In this document: piece by piece, positions 7,726-18,007 of the stretch
Position numbering within the stretch: the first letter of the stretch is position 1
Layout: each line of letters opens with the position of its first letter
Source: Candidatus Aenigmatarchaeota archaeon
GTDB taxonomy: Archaea > Aenigmatarchaeota > Aenigmatarchaeia > CG10238-14 > SCSR01
Direction of reading: 5' to 3'
DNA: 38,004 nt
Assembly: GCA_039090665.1 (NCBI GenBank)
Contig: JAWCSL010000008.1
Coordinates: 1 to 38,004 of the forward strand
The notes under the pieces: generated by a model
What the model was told of the DNA's origin: nothing
Seen by the model: the letters and a program-made list of their open reading frames with translations, nothing else
The model's database searches: none
Made by a program: the position numbers and the translations under genes

Positions 7726-8682
7726 TTGGAGCTTGCTATTTGGGCAGAAAAGTATAGACCGACAAAACTCAGTGAAGTGATAAATCAAAAACATATAGTT
7801 GAAAGAATAAAGGCTTTTGTGAAAGAAAAGAACATTCCCCACATGTTGTTTGCTGGTCCTCCAGGATCGGGAAAAACAACTGTTGCTTTGGCAATCGCTA
7901 ACGAGCTATATGGAAAAAATTGGAGGCAAAATGTTTTAGAGACAAATGCATCAGACGCTAGAGGTATAGATGTCATAAGAGGAGAAATAAAAGATTTTGC
8001 AAGGACAAAACCCATAGGAGAAGTACCTTTCAAGATAATTATTTTAGATGAGGCAGATAACTTAACAACAGATGCTCAACAAGCCTTGAGAAGAACCATG
8101 GAAACTTTTACTTCAGTCTCTCGCTTCATTTTAATAGGAAATTATTCGAGCAAGATAATTGAACCTATTCAATCAAGGTGTGCTGTTTTTAGGTTTAAGG
8201 CTTTAAGTGAGGCTGATGTGAAAAAATACATTCAAAGAATTGTGGATGGGGAAAAGCTGAAAATAACAGAAGATGCAATAAACGCAATAGTTTATCTTGC
8301 TGAAGGAGATTTAAGAAAAGTTGCCAATTTGTTGCAGGCTGCAGCAGCTTCTGGAGAAAAAATTACCGAAGAGATAATTTATGAAGTGGCTTCGCAAGCT
8401 AGACCAACAGATGTGAAAGAATTACTTGAGCTAGCTTTGAAAGGTAAATTTGAAGATGTTAGAAAGAAATTGCAAGATATGCTTTTGAGACAAGGCCTTT
8501 CAGGTAAAGACATAATAAAAGAAATTCACAAACAAATTTACTCTTTACCAATTTCAGAAGAAGCAAAAGTTCAGCTTGTTGATAAATGTGGAGAATATGA
8601 ATTCAGAATTTCTGAAGGTGGTGATGATTTAATTCAGCTTGAAGCTTTCTTAGCACAATTTTTACTTTTATCTAAAAAGTGA
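7726..8682 (+). CDS. rfcS: Replication factor C small subunit
   Basis: WAEKYRP, GPPGSGKT, NASDARG, ILDEAD, AQQALRR, IQSRC, GDLR. Confidence 0.97.
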   Translation: MELAIWAEKYRPTKLSEVINQKHIVERIKAFVKEKNIPHMLFAGPPGSGKTTVALAIANELYGKNWRQNVLETNASDARGIDVIRGEIKDFARTKPIGEVPFKIIILDEADNLTTDAQQALRRTMETFTSVSRFILIGNYSSKIIEPIQSRCAVFRFKALSEADVKKYIQRIVDGEKLKITEDAINAIVYLAEGDLRKVANLLQAAAASGEKITEEIIYEVASQARPTDVKELLELALKGKFEDVRKKLQDMLLRQGLSGKDIIKEIHKQIYSLPISEEAKVQLVDKCGEYEFRISEGGDDLIQLEAFLAQFLLLSKK

Positions 8683-8686
8683 GTAA

Positions 8687-9886
8687 ATGTCATTCACAGA
8701 AAAATACAAGCCAAAAAATCTTAGCGAATTTGTAAATCAGAAAGAAGCTTTAGAAATTTTTTTGGATTGGATAAAAAAGTGGAAACCCGGAAGTAAAGCT
8801 TTGTTGTTATATGGAGCACCAGGTACCGGCAAAACAGCTTTAGTTCACGCATATGCTAATGAAAAAAATTTAGAATTGATTGAAATGAACGCTAGCGATT
8901 ATCGCAATGCTTCACAAATTCAAGCTGTTTTTGGTCAAGCGATGAAACAAGCATCGCTTTTCAAAAAAGGTAAAATACTTCTAATCGATGAAGTTGATGG
9001 GATAACGGGAAGAGAAGATACGGGTGGTGTAGGAGCAATAATAAAAATTATAAAAGAGTCAAAATTTCCAGTTATTTTAACAGCAAACGACCCTTTTGAT
9101 TCTAAACTCAAAACTTTAAGAGATTATTGTCAGTTGGTTGAATTTAAAAAAATTTCAGTTTTTGATATAGAGAAGAGATTGAAGCAAATATGTGAAAAAG
9201 AGAAGATTAAATATCAAGAAGAAGCTTTGAGGCAAATAGCAAAAATCTCTGAAGGAGATTTAAGAGCGGCGATAAATGATTTAGAAGTTTTAGCTGGTGG
9301 CAAGAACGAAATAACAATGCAAGATTTAGAAGCTCTTGGCTATAGGGAAAGAGAAAAAAATATTTTTGATGCTCTTAAGATGATTTTTAAGACAAGGACA
9401 GCTTTAGCAGCAAAATTATCTATTGCGGAAGTGGACAAAGATCCTGAGGAGATTTTTTGGTGGATTGAAAATAATATATCGAAAGAATACGAGAAACCAG
9501 AAGAAATTGCAAAAGCTTTTGAGTTTTTGAGTAAGGCAGATCTTTTCAGAAAAAGAGTAACATCCAGACAAGATTGGAGCTTTAGAGTTTACATGATTGA
9601 TTTGATGACGGCTGGTGTAGCAATAGCAAAGAGAGAAATGTACCACAAATTCACAAAATATCAATACCCAAGCAACATAATGCTTTTAGGCAGCACAAAA
9701 GCTTCAAGAGAAAGTGAAAATGAAATTTTAAGTAAGCTATCAAAAGAACTTCATACTTCGCAGAAAAAATTGAGATCAGAATATTTACCCTTTTTAAAAA
9801 TAATTCTCAAGAACAAAAATGCACTAAATGCTTTTTGTTCTAAACTCAAGGTGGAAAAAGAAGATTTAAAGTTTCTATTAGAATAG
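8687..9886 (+). CDS. rfcL: Replication factor C large subunit
   Basis: EKYKP, GAPGTGKT, EMNASD, LIDEVDG, GDLRAAINDL; adjacent to rfcS. Confidence 0.95.
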   Translation: MSFTEKYKPKNLSEFVNQKEALEIFLDWIKKWKPGSKALLLYGAPGTGKTALVHAYANEKNLELIEMNASDYRNASQIQAVFGQAMKQASLFKKGKILLIDEVDGITGREDTGGVGAIIKIIKESKFPVILTANDPFDSKLKTLRDYCQLVEFKKISVFDIEKRLKQICEKEKIKYQEEALRQIAKISEGDLRAAINDLEVLAGGKNEITMQDLEALGYREREKNIFDALKMIFKTRTALAAKLSIAEVDKDPEEIFWWIENNISKEYEKPEEIAKAFEFLSKADLFRKRVTSRQDWSFRVYMIDLMTAGVAIAKREMYHKFTKYQYPSNIMLLGSTKASRESENEILSKLSKELHTSQKKLRSEYLPFLKIILKNKNALNAFCSKLKVEKEDLKFLLE

Positions 9887-10276
9887 TTTAGTGGAAACAA
9901 AACTCTTTTTAATTTGAGATACAGGAGAAGTTAAAGTTATATTAAAAAACACTTGAGCCGCAGAAGAATCACAATTGAGTATCACATAACTCAAATCTAG
10001 ACTCAAAGTTTTAGTTGAAGCGTAATCTTCAACAAAAGTTTTATATTCTTCCAAATTAAACTCCAACTCTTCACAATTTTTGCTCAAGTTTACAGTTTCT
10101 TTCACTTTCTCAACTATGTTGTTGAAGATAAAAAATTCTTCCCTCATAACAATGTAAGAAGTGTCGGTTATTGTGTAAGGCTCAATCCACTGGCTAAGAG
10201 AGAAGATTGTCACGATTATCGCAAAAGCAGAAAGTACAAAAAACTGAGCTTTTTTAGAGTTTAACAAATTGTGCAT
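9878..10276 (-). CDS. Class III signal-peptide (pilin-like) protein
   Basis: KKA/QFFVLSAFAII hydrophobic N-terminus; similar to 23334..23969; start taken at ATG 10276. Confidence 0.6.
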   Translation of the reverse strand: MHNLLNSKKAQFFVLSAFAIIVTIFSLSQWIEPYTITDTSYIVMREEFFIFNNIVEKVKETVNLSKNCEELEFNLEEYKTFVEDYASTKTLSLDLSYVILNCDSSAAQVFFNITLTSPVSQIKKSFVSTKLF

Positions 10277-10553
10277 GCGGTATACCATCAATTAAAATTA
10301 CATTCTCTTTAACAATAAAACCGTTTTTGCTTGCTAACTCTACTATATTTTTCCCCATAAGATTTCCTATGGTAGCTTTTTCCAACATTTTTATTGCAGT
10401 CGTTCCATCTATCAACTTCCCTCCGTAAAATTTTTTACTGATTTCTATTGTAATCTTTCTATCCTTCATTCTCAATTTTTTCCCTAAAAGTTCCTCATCA
10501 CATATCACTACCAGTATATCTTTCTTGTCAGTAAACACATTACACCAAAACAT
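10254..10553 (-). CDS. DUF424 family protein
   Basis: LVVICDEELLGK...FYGG...ATIGNLMG...I.GIPHAQ; typical neighbour of aIF2-beta. Confidence 0.9.
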   Translation of the reverse strand: MFWCNVFTDKKDILVVICDEELLGKKLRMKDRKITIEISKKFYGGKLIDGTTAIKMLEKATIGNLMGKNIVELASKNGFIVKENVILIDGIPHAQFVKL

Positions 10554-10562
10554 TTCTACACC

Positions 10563-10967
10563 TCAAATATTTTCTACAGGATATCTTGCTCCACAAGCTT
10601 CGCAAATCAGAAAATTTATACGATCTTCCTTAACAAGTTTTGTGTCAGGTTCACCACAAACTTTACAATAAACAAATTTCTTTATGTAAGAGTTCACTTT
10701 TTCTTGTAGCAATCCACTTGGAAGTTTCCTTTGAAATATTAAAGTATTGCCCTCAATCCAACCAGGAGTTGCCAATTCCTTTAAAAGGAATTTTGAAAAA
10801 TGATTGTATTCTCTTCTTATAAAATTTGCTATTGTTCCAAAATTTTTGAAGATTGTTCTTGGTCCGTTGAATTCAAACTCAACTTCTGGCACAACAAATC
10901 TTTTCTTCTCTTCACTTTTCTTTGGTAATTTTTCCAAAGCTCTTTTTAACAATTCTTCATAATTCAT
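10563..10967 (-). CDS. eif2b: Translation initiation factor aIF2 beta subunit
   Basis: YEELLKRA, RFVVP, KNF, KELATPG, C-terminal CxxC...CEACGA Zn finger. Confidence 0.95.
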   Translation of the reverse strand: MNYEELLKRALEKLPKKSEEKKRFVVPEVEFEFNGPRTIFKNFGTIANFIRREYNHFSKFLLKELATPGWIEGNTLIFQRKLPSGLLQEKVNSYIKKFVYCKVCGEPDTKLVKEDRINFLICEACGARYPVENI

Positions 10968-11701
10968 TTTTCCACCTTTTTCAAAAAACCAGGTTTGGGC
11001 TCAAACAAATCTCCAGCACTCAAAAGATCATTTATTGTATTTTCAATCACCCTTTCAGGCAAATCTATTACTTCAAAAATTTTACTCATTTCCACTCCAT
11101 CACCTTTGTCTAAGCTTCTTATTATTTCAAGTATTTTTGGTTTATAATCTATTTCTCTCCCAACTTTTAAATTCTCTCTTATTGTGTTCAAACTTTCTTC
11201 ATCTAGCCCATATTTTTTCTTCACATATTCTTTCAATTCTTCTTCAGGTATTTGATCAACCAAATTCCTTATCTCTTCCACAACTTTCTTCTTTTCTTTC
11301 AAGTTTCTTAAAATCTCAAGTTTTCTTAAATTTTCGTAATTGATTTCAACTTTTCTCAAAGCTTCAGCAGCCACATAAATCTCACCATCATATTCCTTTA
11401 CCTTACCTATAACAATCAACATGTCTCCATTAGAAATACCATCTATCATTTTCACATTATCTCCAAAAACCTTTACTCTTATTGCTTCGGTACCATCATC
11501 TATTGTCAAGCTTCCATAATTTCCATCTTCTGATATGAAAGAATCGATGAGTGTTCCAACCAAATTAACTCTAGAAATTTTCTCTCCAAACCATGTAATA
11601 ACATAGTTTGGTTTCATCTCTATTCTGTTACCATGAAAAAATGTACCATTAACTAAATCAAAAATTCTAACTTTCTTTGCAACGGCTCTATTATTCTCCA
11701 C
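10964..11701 (-). CDS. RPA32/RPA2-like OB-fold ssDNA-binding protein with C-terminal winged helix
   Basis: ISRVNLVG...LTIDDGT...IRVKVF...VIGKVKEY OB fold; C-terminal LL..GDLFEPKPG. Confidence 0.85.
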   Translation of the reverse strand: MENNRAVAKKVRIFDLVNGTFFHGNRIEMKPNYVITWFGEKISRVNLVGTLIDSFISEDGNYGSLTIDDGTEAIRVKVFGDNVKMIDGISNGDMLIVIGKVKEYDGEIYVAAEALRKVEINYENLRKLEILRNLKEKKKVVEEIRNLVDQIPEEELKEYVKKKYGLDEESLNTIRENLKVGREIDYKPKILEIIRSLDKGDGVEMSKIFEVIDLPERVIENTINDLLSAGDLFEPKPGFLKKVEK

Positions 11702-11739
11702 GATAAAAAAATTAGTTATTAGATTTAAATATCCTTAAA

Positions 11740-14700
11740 TTACATCTTCTGCAAGAAGCCTGTTCTTGGTTCAAACAAGTCTCCCTTGTTCTTTAGTTCT
11801 GTTAAAATTTTTTCTACATCAAACTCTTTCAGTCCTTTATCTTTTGCAAGTCTAATCACATCTTCTTTTGGAAAAGTATTTCCGATAGTTTTGGATAACT
11901 CTTCTATAATATCAAGCACGATTCTGATTTTTCCTCTTTCTGAGGCAGTAGTTCGACCTTCAAGTCTATCTACATCAAATCTTCCTGTTTCAGCTTCAAA
12001 ACCAAATTCTCTTAAAGAAGCTTTCATCAATTTTATAGCTCTTATGGCATCTTCTCTTGTTACCACATCTCTTAATTGAACTTTTGCTGAAGCTTCTGCT
12101 AATCTTATTAAAGCTTCGTACTGCCTCAGTGTTATAGGTACTGCCGTTTCTTCTACAGCAGCTTTTTCTCTTAGACTAACGAAGAAATTCTTTATCTCTT
12201 CACCTGCTTCTTTAGAAAGTTTTGGATGACAATTTTTCCTAGCATATGCAATATACTTCTTGAGAAACTCAGGCTCTATAACAGGTTTAATTTCTTCCTC
12301 TCCATAATGCCTTGACTTAAGAATATGTTCAGCAACTTTTGCATCAAGCTCAGGATTTGGTATATCGCGTAAAGCAAACTTCAAATCAAATCTTGAAAGC
12401 AATGTTTCGGGAACATCTATTTGTTCTTTTATCGGTAAATAAGGATCAAATCTTCCAAGTTTAGGATTACCACCAGCAAGGATCGCTGTTTGTGCTGGTA
12501 AAGTAGCAACTATACTTGCTTTGGCTATGCTTATGGAGTTGTGTAAAATTAGGCATTCTGATACAAATGTTTTAGTAGGCTCGACTGTTATGTCATAAAC
12601 CCATTCATCTTCACATTTGATCTTTTGAACTTTCTTCACAGTTACCCATGCTATTTCACCAAATGCTAATTTTTTTAGAAAAATAACTTCTTCTTTGCAT
12701 AAAAGCATTTTATCAATAACATTTTTCAACCCTTCTCTATATTTTTCTAAATTGGTGCTAGTTTTCTCCCAATAAGATATATGTTGATGCGTCAAACCCA
12801 GAGTTTTGGCTATATCTTCTTGAGAGATAGAAAGCCTTTTTCTTATTTTTTTCAATTCACTAATATTCTTTGCTGATGAAATTTTGTATAATTGTTTTTC
12901 TAAATCGAAAATTTTCTTCTCAAATATCAACACAAATTTTTGTAAATTGGCTCGAGATATGTTTAACTTACCTTTTTTAATCGATGTTATAGAATGACCT
13001 AAAACTTTGCTTTCTTTTATTTTTAGATTTTTTGCAATTTTGGAAATTCTTTTTCCAACATTTGGAATTACATCTCTTGATATTTTTTTCGATAATTTTA
13101 ATTGTTGATTAAGCACACTATTTTTTCTTTTAGAAATAAAACCTATTTTTTCTTTGAATCTCTTCAAGTTTTCAATACCAGTAATACTTAATCTAAAGAA
13201 ATTTTTTCTTGATGGTAAACTTTCTCTGAATATTCTAGATTGAATTCTGAACATTAAGAGTAATGTTTGTATTTGTTCACAAAGCTCTTTGGAAGGGGAA
13301 ACAAATTCTACTCTATTTTTACCCACATACCCCCCACATTCAAACATAGCTCTTAACATTTCACGAATGTTGTTATTAGAAGTTTTCATAAAAGTTTCTG
13401 GTATTTTTTTATTTTCTGATTCCTCCCAAATAGAAGCATCCAAAGAATTTAAATACACAGATAAGGGTAGTGAAATTATTCTTGGTGTAGTAGTTTTCCC
13501 TAATCTATTTTGAACATAAGGAGCAAGGCCAAAAAGTTTGCATGAAATAGAAGAAAAATCTTTTATCAGATTTTCATCACTTTTATTAAAATTCACACTA
13601 TTCTTTTTTCTCCTATCGAGCTCGTAGCCTCCATCTGTGAGCAAATTCACTGTATATTTGCTCAATTTTTTATCATTGTATGATGGAAAATTTTCCAATA
13701 TTCTATCTTTTATTAAATTTTGATACATTCCTTTTATTGGTAGAATTTTAGGCACGGGAACATAAGACCCACTTTTTAAACTTTCAGCTCTTACAGTTGT
13801 AATCCCATCTTCTGTTAATATCCAAATAGGATGTTCTGGTGTTACTACTATTTCTCTACCATTTGAAAAACTAATTTTTATCATATATTTTCCCGCTTTA
13901 TGTCTACTCACTTGCTTTACTTCACTTTCATAGATTTTTTCAAAATCGGTTGTGAAAACTTTAATTTCACCATTCAGGTTTAATATTTCACAATTATTTC
14001 CATTAATAACTTTATCTTTATTCCTTTCAATTAAACCATTAACCAATTCTCCTATTTTAACTTCTCTCCCGTCGGATAGCAAAATTTTCGTATCCTTATG
14101 GTATGACTGCTGTTCCATCGCTTCGTGTAAAGCAATTTGATCACTTTTTTCAACTTTCTCAAATTCATCTATGGCACAAAGTGATTTATTACACATGACC
14201 AGAGCACCAGCTTCAAGAACCCATCCACCTAGAAATTCTTCATCTCTTACCACAGTTGCCGTTAATCCTGCAGCAGTTACTCCTTTACCAGAAACATATC
14301 TTCCACGAGGAATTAGTGTAGCAACTACTTTCATCAAAGCACTCTTAGCTGTTGATGGATCCCCAACTAATAATATGTGAATATCTCCTCTCACTCTAGA
14401 TTTATCTTTTTGAATGTGTGGTTCACCACCAAAAAGCTGGAGAACAATAGCCTCTTTTATTTCTTCCATACCATACAAACTTGGTGCTATTGATGCTACA
14501 AGCTTAGAATAAATTTCAGGATCTTTGGCAAGTTCAAGAATTCTCTTTTCGTCTTCTGGTGTGATTTCCAATTCTTCCCATTCTACTTCTACACTTTCAA
14601 CAGAATTTGCATCAATATAGATTTCAAGCTGTCTCGATCTAGTACCTCTAACTCTTCTTGGGATTTGTTTAAGAATACCAACAACTTTTATTCTATTTCC

Positions 14701-15318
14701 AGGATCTGTTTTGTTTTGCATCTTTGGTGAAGTCAAATCTTCTTTTAAGAAAACCATTATTTCAGAAGGTCTTTCACCACTTGTTATTTCAAAAGGTTCT
14801 TCTATTGTTATCCATCTCGCATCATAAAGCTTTTGGTCTACAAGTTTGAAATTTCTTCTATTTCCACACTCACACTCATTAGGTGGTTTAATGAATCTTT
14901 CTGTTTGAAGTACTGTTATCTTGGAGCCACATTCTGAACATTGAAAAACAGCTTCATAAACTTCTGGTCTAATTTCACTAGCTCTTTTAACAATTCCATC
15001 AACAGAAATAAGCTTGCCTATGTGCTCTGCTCTTATATTCCTTATTCTTATTTGCCTTTCTTCTGGCAAATTGAAAATCCTAATTCTCATAGAAGGTTGG
15101 CCTGGTAGATCTATTTGTTTTAAGGATTCTTCAGCTGCACTCAAAACTTCTTCTGGGTTATCAAGCAAATAGCTTGCCAGCTCTGGATTGAACTTGTCTA
15201 AAAGAGAAAAGTCTACAACCAAAGATTTTTTCCCTTCACTTGCGGCCGAAACTAACTCATTGTAGTAATATTCTCTCAAAAATTCAGCAAACTTTTCTAC
15301 TATTTCTTCCCTTTCCAT
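11740..15318 (-). CDS. mcm: MCM replicative helicase containing one intein (about 669 aa after splicing)
   Basis: Zn finger CSEC..C, GDIHILLVGDPSTAKS, AAGLTA, IDEFEK, HEAMEQQ/SISIAKA, LLSRFDL, ITLRQYEALIRLAEA. Confidence 0.97.
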   Translation of the reverse strand: MEREEIVEKFAEFLREYYYNELVSAASEGKKSLVVDFSLLDKFNPELASYLLDNPEEVLSAAEESLKQIDLPGQPSMRIRIFNLPEERQIRIRNIRAEHIGKLISVDGIVKRASEIRPEVYEAVFQCSECGSKITVLQTERFIKPPNECECGNRRNFKLVDQKLYDARWITIEEPFEITSGERPSEIMVFLKEDLTSPKMQNKTDPGNRIKVVGILKQIPRRVRGTRSRQLEIYIDANSVESVEVEWEELEITPEDEKRILELAKDPEIYSKLVASIAPSLYGMEEIKEAIVLQLFGGEPHIQKDKSRVRGDIHILLVGDPSTAKSALMKVVATLIPRGRYVSGKGVTAAGLTATVVRDEEFLGGWVLEAGALVMCNKSLCAIDEFEKVEKSDQIALHEAMEQQSYHKDTKILLSDGREVKIGELVNGLIERNKDKVINGNNCEILNLNGEIKVFTTDFEKIYESEVKQVSRHKAGKYMIKISFSNGREIVVTPEHPIWILTEDGITTVRAESLKSGSYVPVPKILPIKGMYQNLIKDRILENFPSYNDKKLSKYTVNLLTDGGYELDRRKKNSVNFNKSDENLIKDFSSISCKLFGLAPYVQNRLGKTTTPRIISLPLSVYLNSLDASIWEESENKKIPETFMKTSNNNIREMLRAMFECGGYVGKNRVEFVSPSKELCEQIQTLLLMFRIQSRIFRESLPSRKNFFRLSITGIENLKRFKEKIGFISKRKNSVLNQQLKLSKKISRDVIPNVGKRISKIAKNLKIKESKVLGHSITSIKKGKLNISRANLQKFVLIFEKKIFDLEKQLYKISSAKNISELKKIRKRLSISQEDIAKTLGLTHQHISYWEKTSTNLEKYREGLKNVIDKMLLCKEEVIFLKKLAFGEIAWVTVKKVQKIKCEDEWVYDITVEPTKTFVSECLILHNSISIAKASIVATLPAQTAILAGGNPKLGRFDPYLPIKEQIDVPETLLSRFDLKFALRDIPNPELDAKVAEHILKSRHYGEEEIKPVIEPEFLKKYIAYARKNCHPKLSKEAGEEIKNFFVSLREKAAVEETAVPITLRQYEALIRLAEASAKVQLRDVVTREDAIRAIKLMKASLREFGFEAETGRFDVDRLEGRTTASERGKIRIVLDIIEELSKTIGNTFPKEDVIRLAKDKGLKEFDVEKILTELKNKGDLFEPRTGFLQKM
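12538..14106 (-). mobile_element. Intein (523 aa) in MCM with degenerate LAGLIDADG domain and an XRE-type HTH
   Basis: Begins SYHKDTKILLSDG after EAMEQQ; block B VTPEHP; ends WVYDITVEPTKTFVSECLILHN followed by Ser+1. Confidence 0.95.
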
Positions 15319-15402
15319 GACAATTATTTGTATGTACTCACTAATTTTAAGTCTTTTGGAATATTGAAAAAAATTGAAAAATAGGTGAAATGTTTGCAGT
15401 AT

Positions 15403-15960
15403 TTACTTTTCTTTAATTATTGCTTTTATGTTTTTTAGCTTATTGTAGACTTTGTTGAGAGCAGTTTTTACATCATTCACACTTCTTCCGCCTGTGCAAA
15501 CAATTTTTCCGGAACCAAAAAGCAGGAACGCCACTTTAGGTTCTTCCATCCTGTAAACAAGTCCTGGAAATTGCTCAGGTTCATACTCTGAGTTTTCCAA
15601 ATTTAGTGCTATCGTGTCTAAATTGAGATTGCCATCTATTTTTGCTGAGGCTACTATATTTTCGACTTGAATTTTAAAGTTCTTTGGAACTTGTGTACCA
15701 ACACTTTTAATTACAGAAATCACTTTCTTGAAAACCGTGTGAACATCTTCTATACTTTTTGCTCCAGTGCAAACAATTTTTCCAGAGCCAAAAATGAGGG
15801 CTGCTGCTTTGGGTTTATCCATCCTGTAAACAAGTCCTGGAAACTGTTCAGGCTCATACTCTGTTCCTTCAAGTTTTGTGACAATTTTTTCTAGAGGCAC
15901 TTCCACATTTAGAGAAGCGGAAGCCACTATATTTTCAATTTTTATCTTAAAGTCTGACAT
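15403..15960 (-). CDS. tbp: TATA-box binding protein
   Basis: Two repeats of ENIVASA...EYEPEQFPGLVYR...FGSGKIVCTG. Confidence 0.98.
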   Translation of the reverse strand: MSDFKIKIENIVASASLNVEVPLEKIVTKLEGTEYEPEQFPGLVYRMDKPKAAALIFGSGKIVCTGAKSIEDVHTVFKKVISVIKSVGTQVPKNFKIQVENIVASAKIDGNLNLDTIALNLENSEYEPEQFPGLVYRMEEPKVAFLLFGSGKIVCTGGRSVNDVKTALNKVYNKLKNIKAIIKEK

Positions 15961-16037
15961 TTTATCACTACCTATATTTATATTTTGCTAAAAGTATTTA
16001 AAGGGTTAATTTAAATAAAAAGTTTCATTATTAAATT

Positions 16038-16517
16038 ATGATAGAAATTTTTCTTTTATTTCTGAGAGAATATGGGTTGATTGCTCTTTTTCTTGCTTCA
16101 TTTTCTTCAAATTTTTTACTTTTTCCAGCGTTTGTAGAAGTTTCTTGCATCGTTTTTCTCAGTCTTAATTTTTCTCCTTTATCAATTTTCATTTCTTTGA
16201 TTTCTGGCTCGGTTTTGGGAGGAATAGCTAGCTACTATTTAGGGCTTTTCAGTTCCAAAACAATATTGAAACATGAAGAAAGAATAGAGGGAATGCAAAA
16301 ACTTATAGAAAAATATGGGAACTTTTCAGTTTTTCTAGTTTCTTTTTTACCTGTTCCGTTCCCATTTGCAATTTTTGCTATGTTGGTTGGTTTTTTGAAA
16401 ATGGATGTAAAATCTTTCCTTTTTGCTATCATGGCTGGAAAAGGTTTGAGAATTGCTCTAGTATTATTTGTTTTGAAATGGAGTGTTGAAATTTTGAAAA
16501 TTTTTGGTTTGATTTAA
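16038..16517 (+). CDS. DedA/VTT (YqaA-like) membrane protein
   Basis: Hydrophobic; GSVLGG..SYYLG, KYG, FLPVPF, GK.LR. Confidence 0.8.
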   Translation: MIEIFLLFLREYGLIALFLASFSSNFLLFPAFVEVSCIVFLSLNFSPLSIFISLISGSVLGGIASYYLGLFSSKTILKHEERIEGMQKLIEKYGNFSVFLVSFLPVPFPFAIFAMLVGFLKMDVKSFLFAIMAGKGLRIALVLFVLKWSVEILKIFGLI

Positions 16518-16990
16518 AAGTAGCATTCAGCCTCAATTAAGAAAGAATTGAGCTTAAATATAGGAACTATCAAAGTATTTTTCTCTTCTCTTAAATCTTC
16601 TTCCATTAAAGTTATCAATAAGGGTTTAATTTCAAAATTTTCTCCAACTTTCAAACAATCTTTTAAGGTTTTTTCTTTATTCAAAAGAGATTTTAATGCT
16701 TCCACTCTTTTTTCTTGTTCTGCTACACACATTTTTATTCTAGATTTCTTGTATCTTCCTCCTGACCATCTTTTGCAATCAACACAAAAAATTAGATTGT
16801 TTCTCACAGCCAACACATCTATCTCATATCTTCTTTCTGCTTTGAATCTAAAATTTTTCTTCACAACAAAACCATGTGCTCTGAAAATTTCTGCTACTAT
16901 TTCTTCAAATTCTTTCCATTTAAAATTTTTCAAGACTTCTTCTATTGGCATTTTTTTAGCAAGAATTTCTATTTCTTCTAACTCAACCAC
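16514..16990 (-). CDS. Mrr-like/NERD-like PD-(D/E)XK restriction-endonuclease-family protein
   Basis: WKEFEEIVAEIF...GF, EIDVLA, VDCKRW; start moved to GTG 16990 to leave promoter space. Confidence 0.75.
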   Translation of the reverse strand: MVELEEIEILAKKMPIEEVLKNFKWKEFEEIVAEIFRAHGFVVKKNFRFKAERRYEIDVLAVRNNLIFCVDCKRWSGGRYKKSRIKMCVAEQEKRVEALKSLLNKEKTLKDCLKVGENFEIKPLLITLMEEDLREEKNTLIVPIFKLNSFLIEAECYF

Positions 16991-17013
16991 AATTATAATA
17001 TAAAATTTCAATA

Positions 17014-17739
17014 ATGTTTTATAAGGTGATTAACATACTGATATGTGGTATAGATGAGGCTGGAAGAGGAGCAATAATAGGTCCGATGGTAATATCCGGA
17101 GTAGTCATCGACAGTAGAGATGAGAAAAAACTTAAGATGATTGGGGTAAAAGATTCAAAGCTTTTGTCTCCAAAAAGAAGAAAAGAGCTTGCTAGAAAGA
17201 TAGAAGAAATAGCAAGGAATGTTATTGTGTTAAGGATACAGCCCTGTAAAATAGATGCATATAGGGCTAAAAAAATAAACTTAGATAAAATAGAAGCGAT
17301 GAAAATGGCTGAAATAATTGATATTTGTGGGGCCAGAAAAGTTTTTGTTGATTCTCTAGAACAAAATGCTGAAAAATTCAAAGAGCTAATTTTAAGTTTC
17401 TTGAAAAATAAAAAAGTTGATCTAGTGGTTGAAAACTATTTGGATGAAAGCATTCCTGTAGTTAGTGCTGCAAGCATCATAGCTAAAGTCAATAGAGATG
17501 AAGTGATAGAAGAAATAAAGAAAAAAGAAGGGTTTGATTTTGGTGTTGGTTACAGCCATGATGTGAGAACTATAGAATTCATTAAAAAGTTAATGAAAGA
17601 AAGGGAAGGACAACTTCCCTCTTATGTTAGGCAGTCTTGGTCCACAATTCATGAATTAAAAAATAGATCAATACAACAAAAAATTAAAGATTTCTTTAAA
17701 AAAGATGAAAAATGTAAAGAGGGAAAAAGTGAGGGTTGA
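17014..17739 (+). CDS. rnhB: Ribonuclease HII
   Basis: GIDEAGRG..IGP, GVKDSK, VD, VSAASIIAKV.RD, DFGVGY; true start may be GTG 17026. Confidence 0.95.
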   Translation: MFYKVINILICGIDEAGRGAIIGPMVISGVVIDSRDEKKLKMIGVKDSKLLSPKRRKELARKIEEIARNVIVLRIQPCKIDAYRAKKINLDKIEAMKMAEIIDICGARKVFVDSLEQNAEKFKELILSFLKNKKVDLVVENYLDESIPVVSAASIIAKVNRDEVIEEIKKKEGFDFGVGYSHDVRTIEFIKKLMKEREGQLPSYVRQSWSTIHELKNRSIQQKIKDFFKKDEKCKEGKSEG

Positions 17740-18007
17740 ACAAAAAATAGTAATGGTTTATACGCTCTTGGGTTTAGTCTCAAGTTTTATCACAAACTAT
17801 TTGTATACCCTTGGACTGAATTTGATGATAGTAATAGCATTATCACTTTCAATTTATTTCATAACTTTACCTCTTCTTCTAATCTTAACAAAAAACAAAA
17901 AGATGATAATTTTTTACAATAGCTTCGTGACTTTTATTCTAGTTTGGCTAACATTTTGGATATTACTTTACAATTTAGGGGGAGTAAATGAAAAGGATTT
18001 TCACTAA
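17705..18007 (+). CDS. Small 3-TM membrane protein, possibly archaeal EMC6-like
   Basis: Three hydrophobic segments; C-terminal FILVWLTFWILLYN. Confidence 0.45.
   Translation: MKNVKREKVRVEQKIVMVYTLLGLVSSFITNYLYTLGLNLMIVIALSLSIYFITLPLLLILTKNKKMIIFYNSFVTFILVWLTFWILLYNLGGVNEKDFH

Noticed and set aside
15540..15850. Direct repeat catcctgtaaacaagtcctggaaa
   Set aside because: It is the normal internal duplication of TBP (FPGLVYRM twice).
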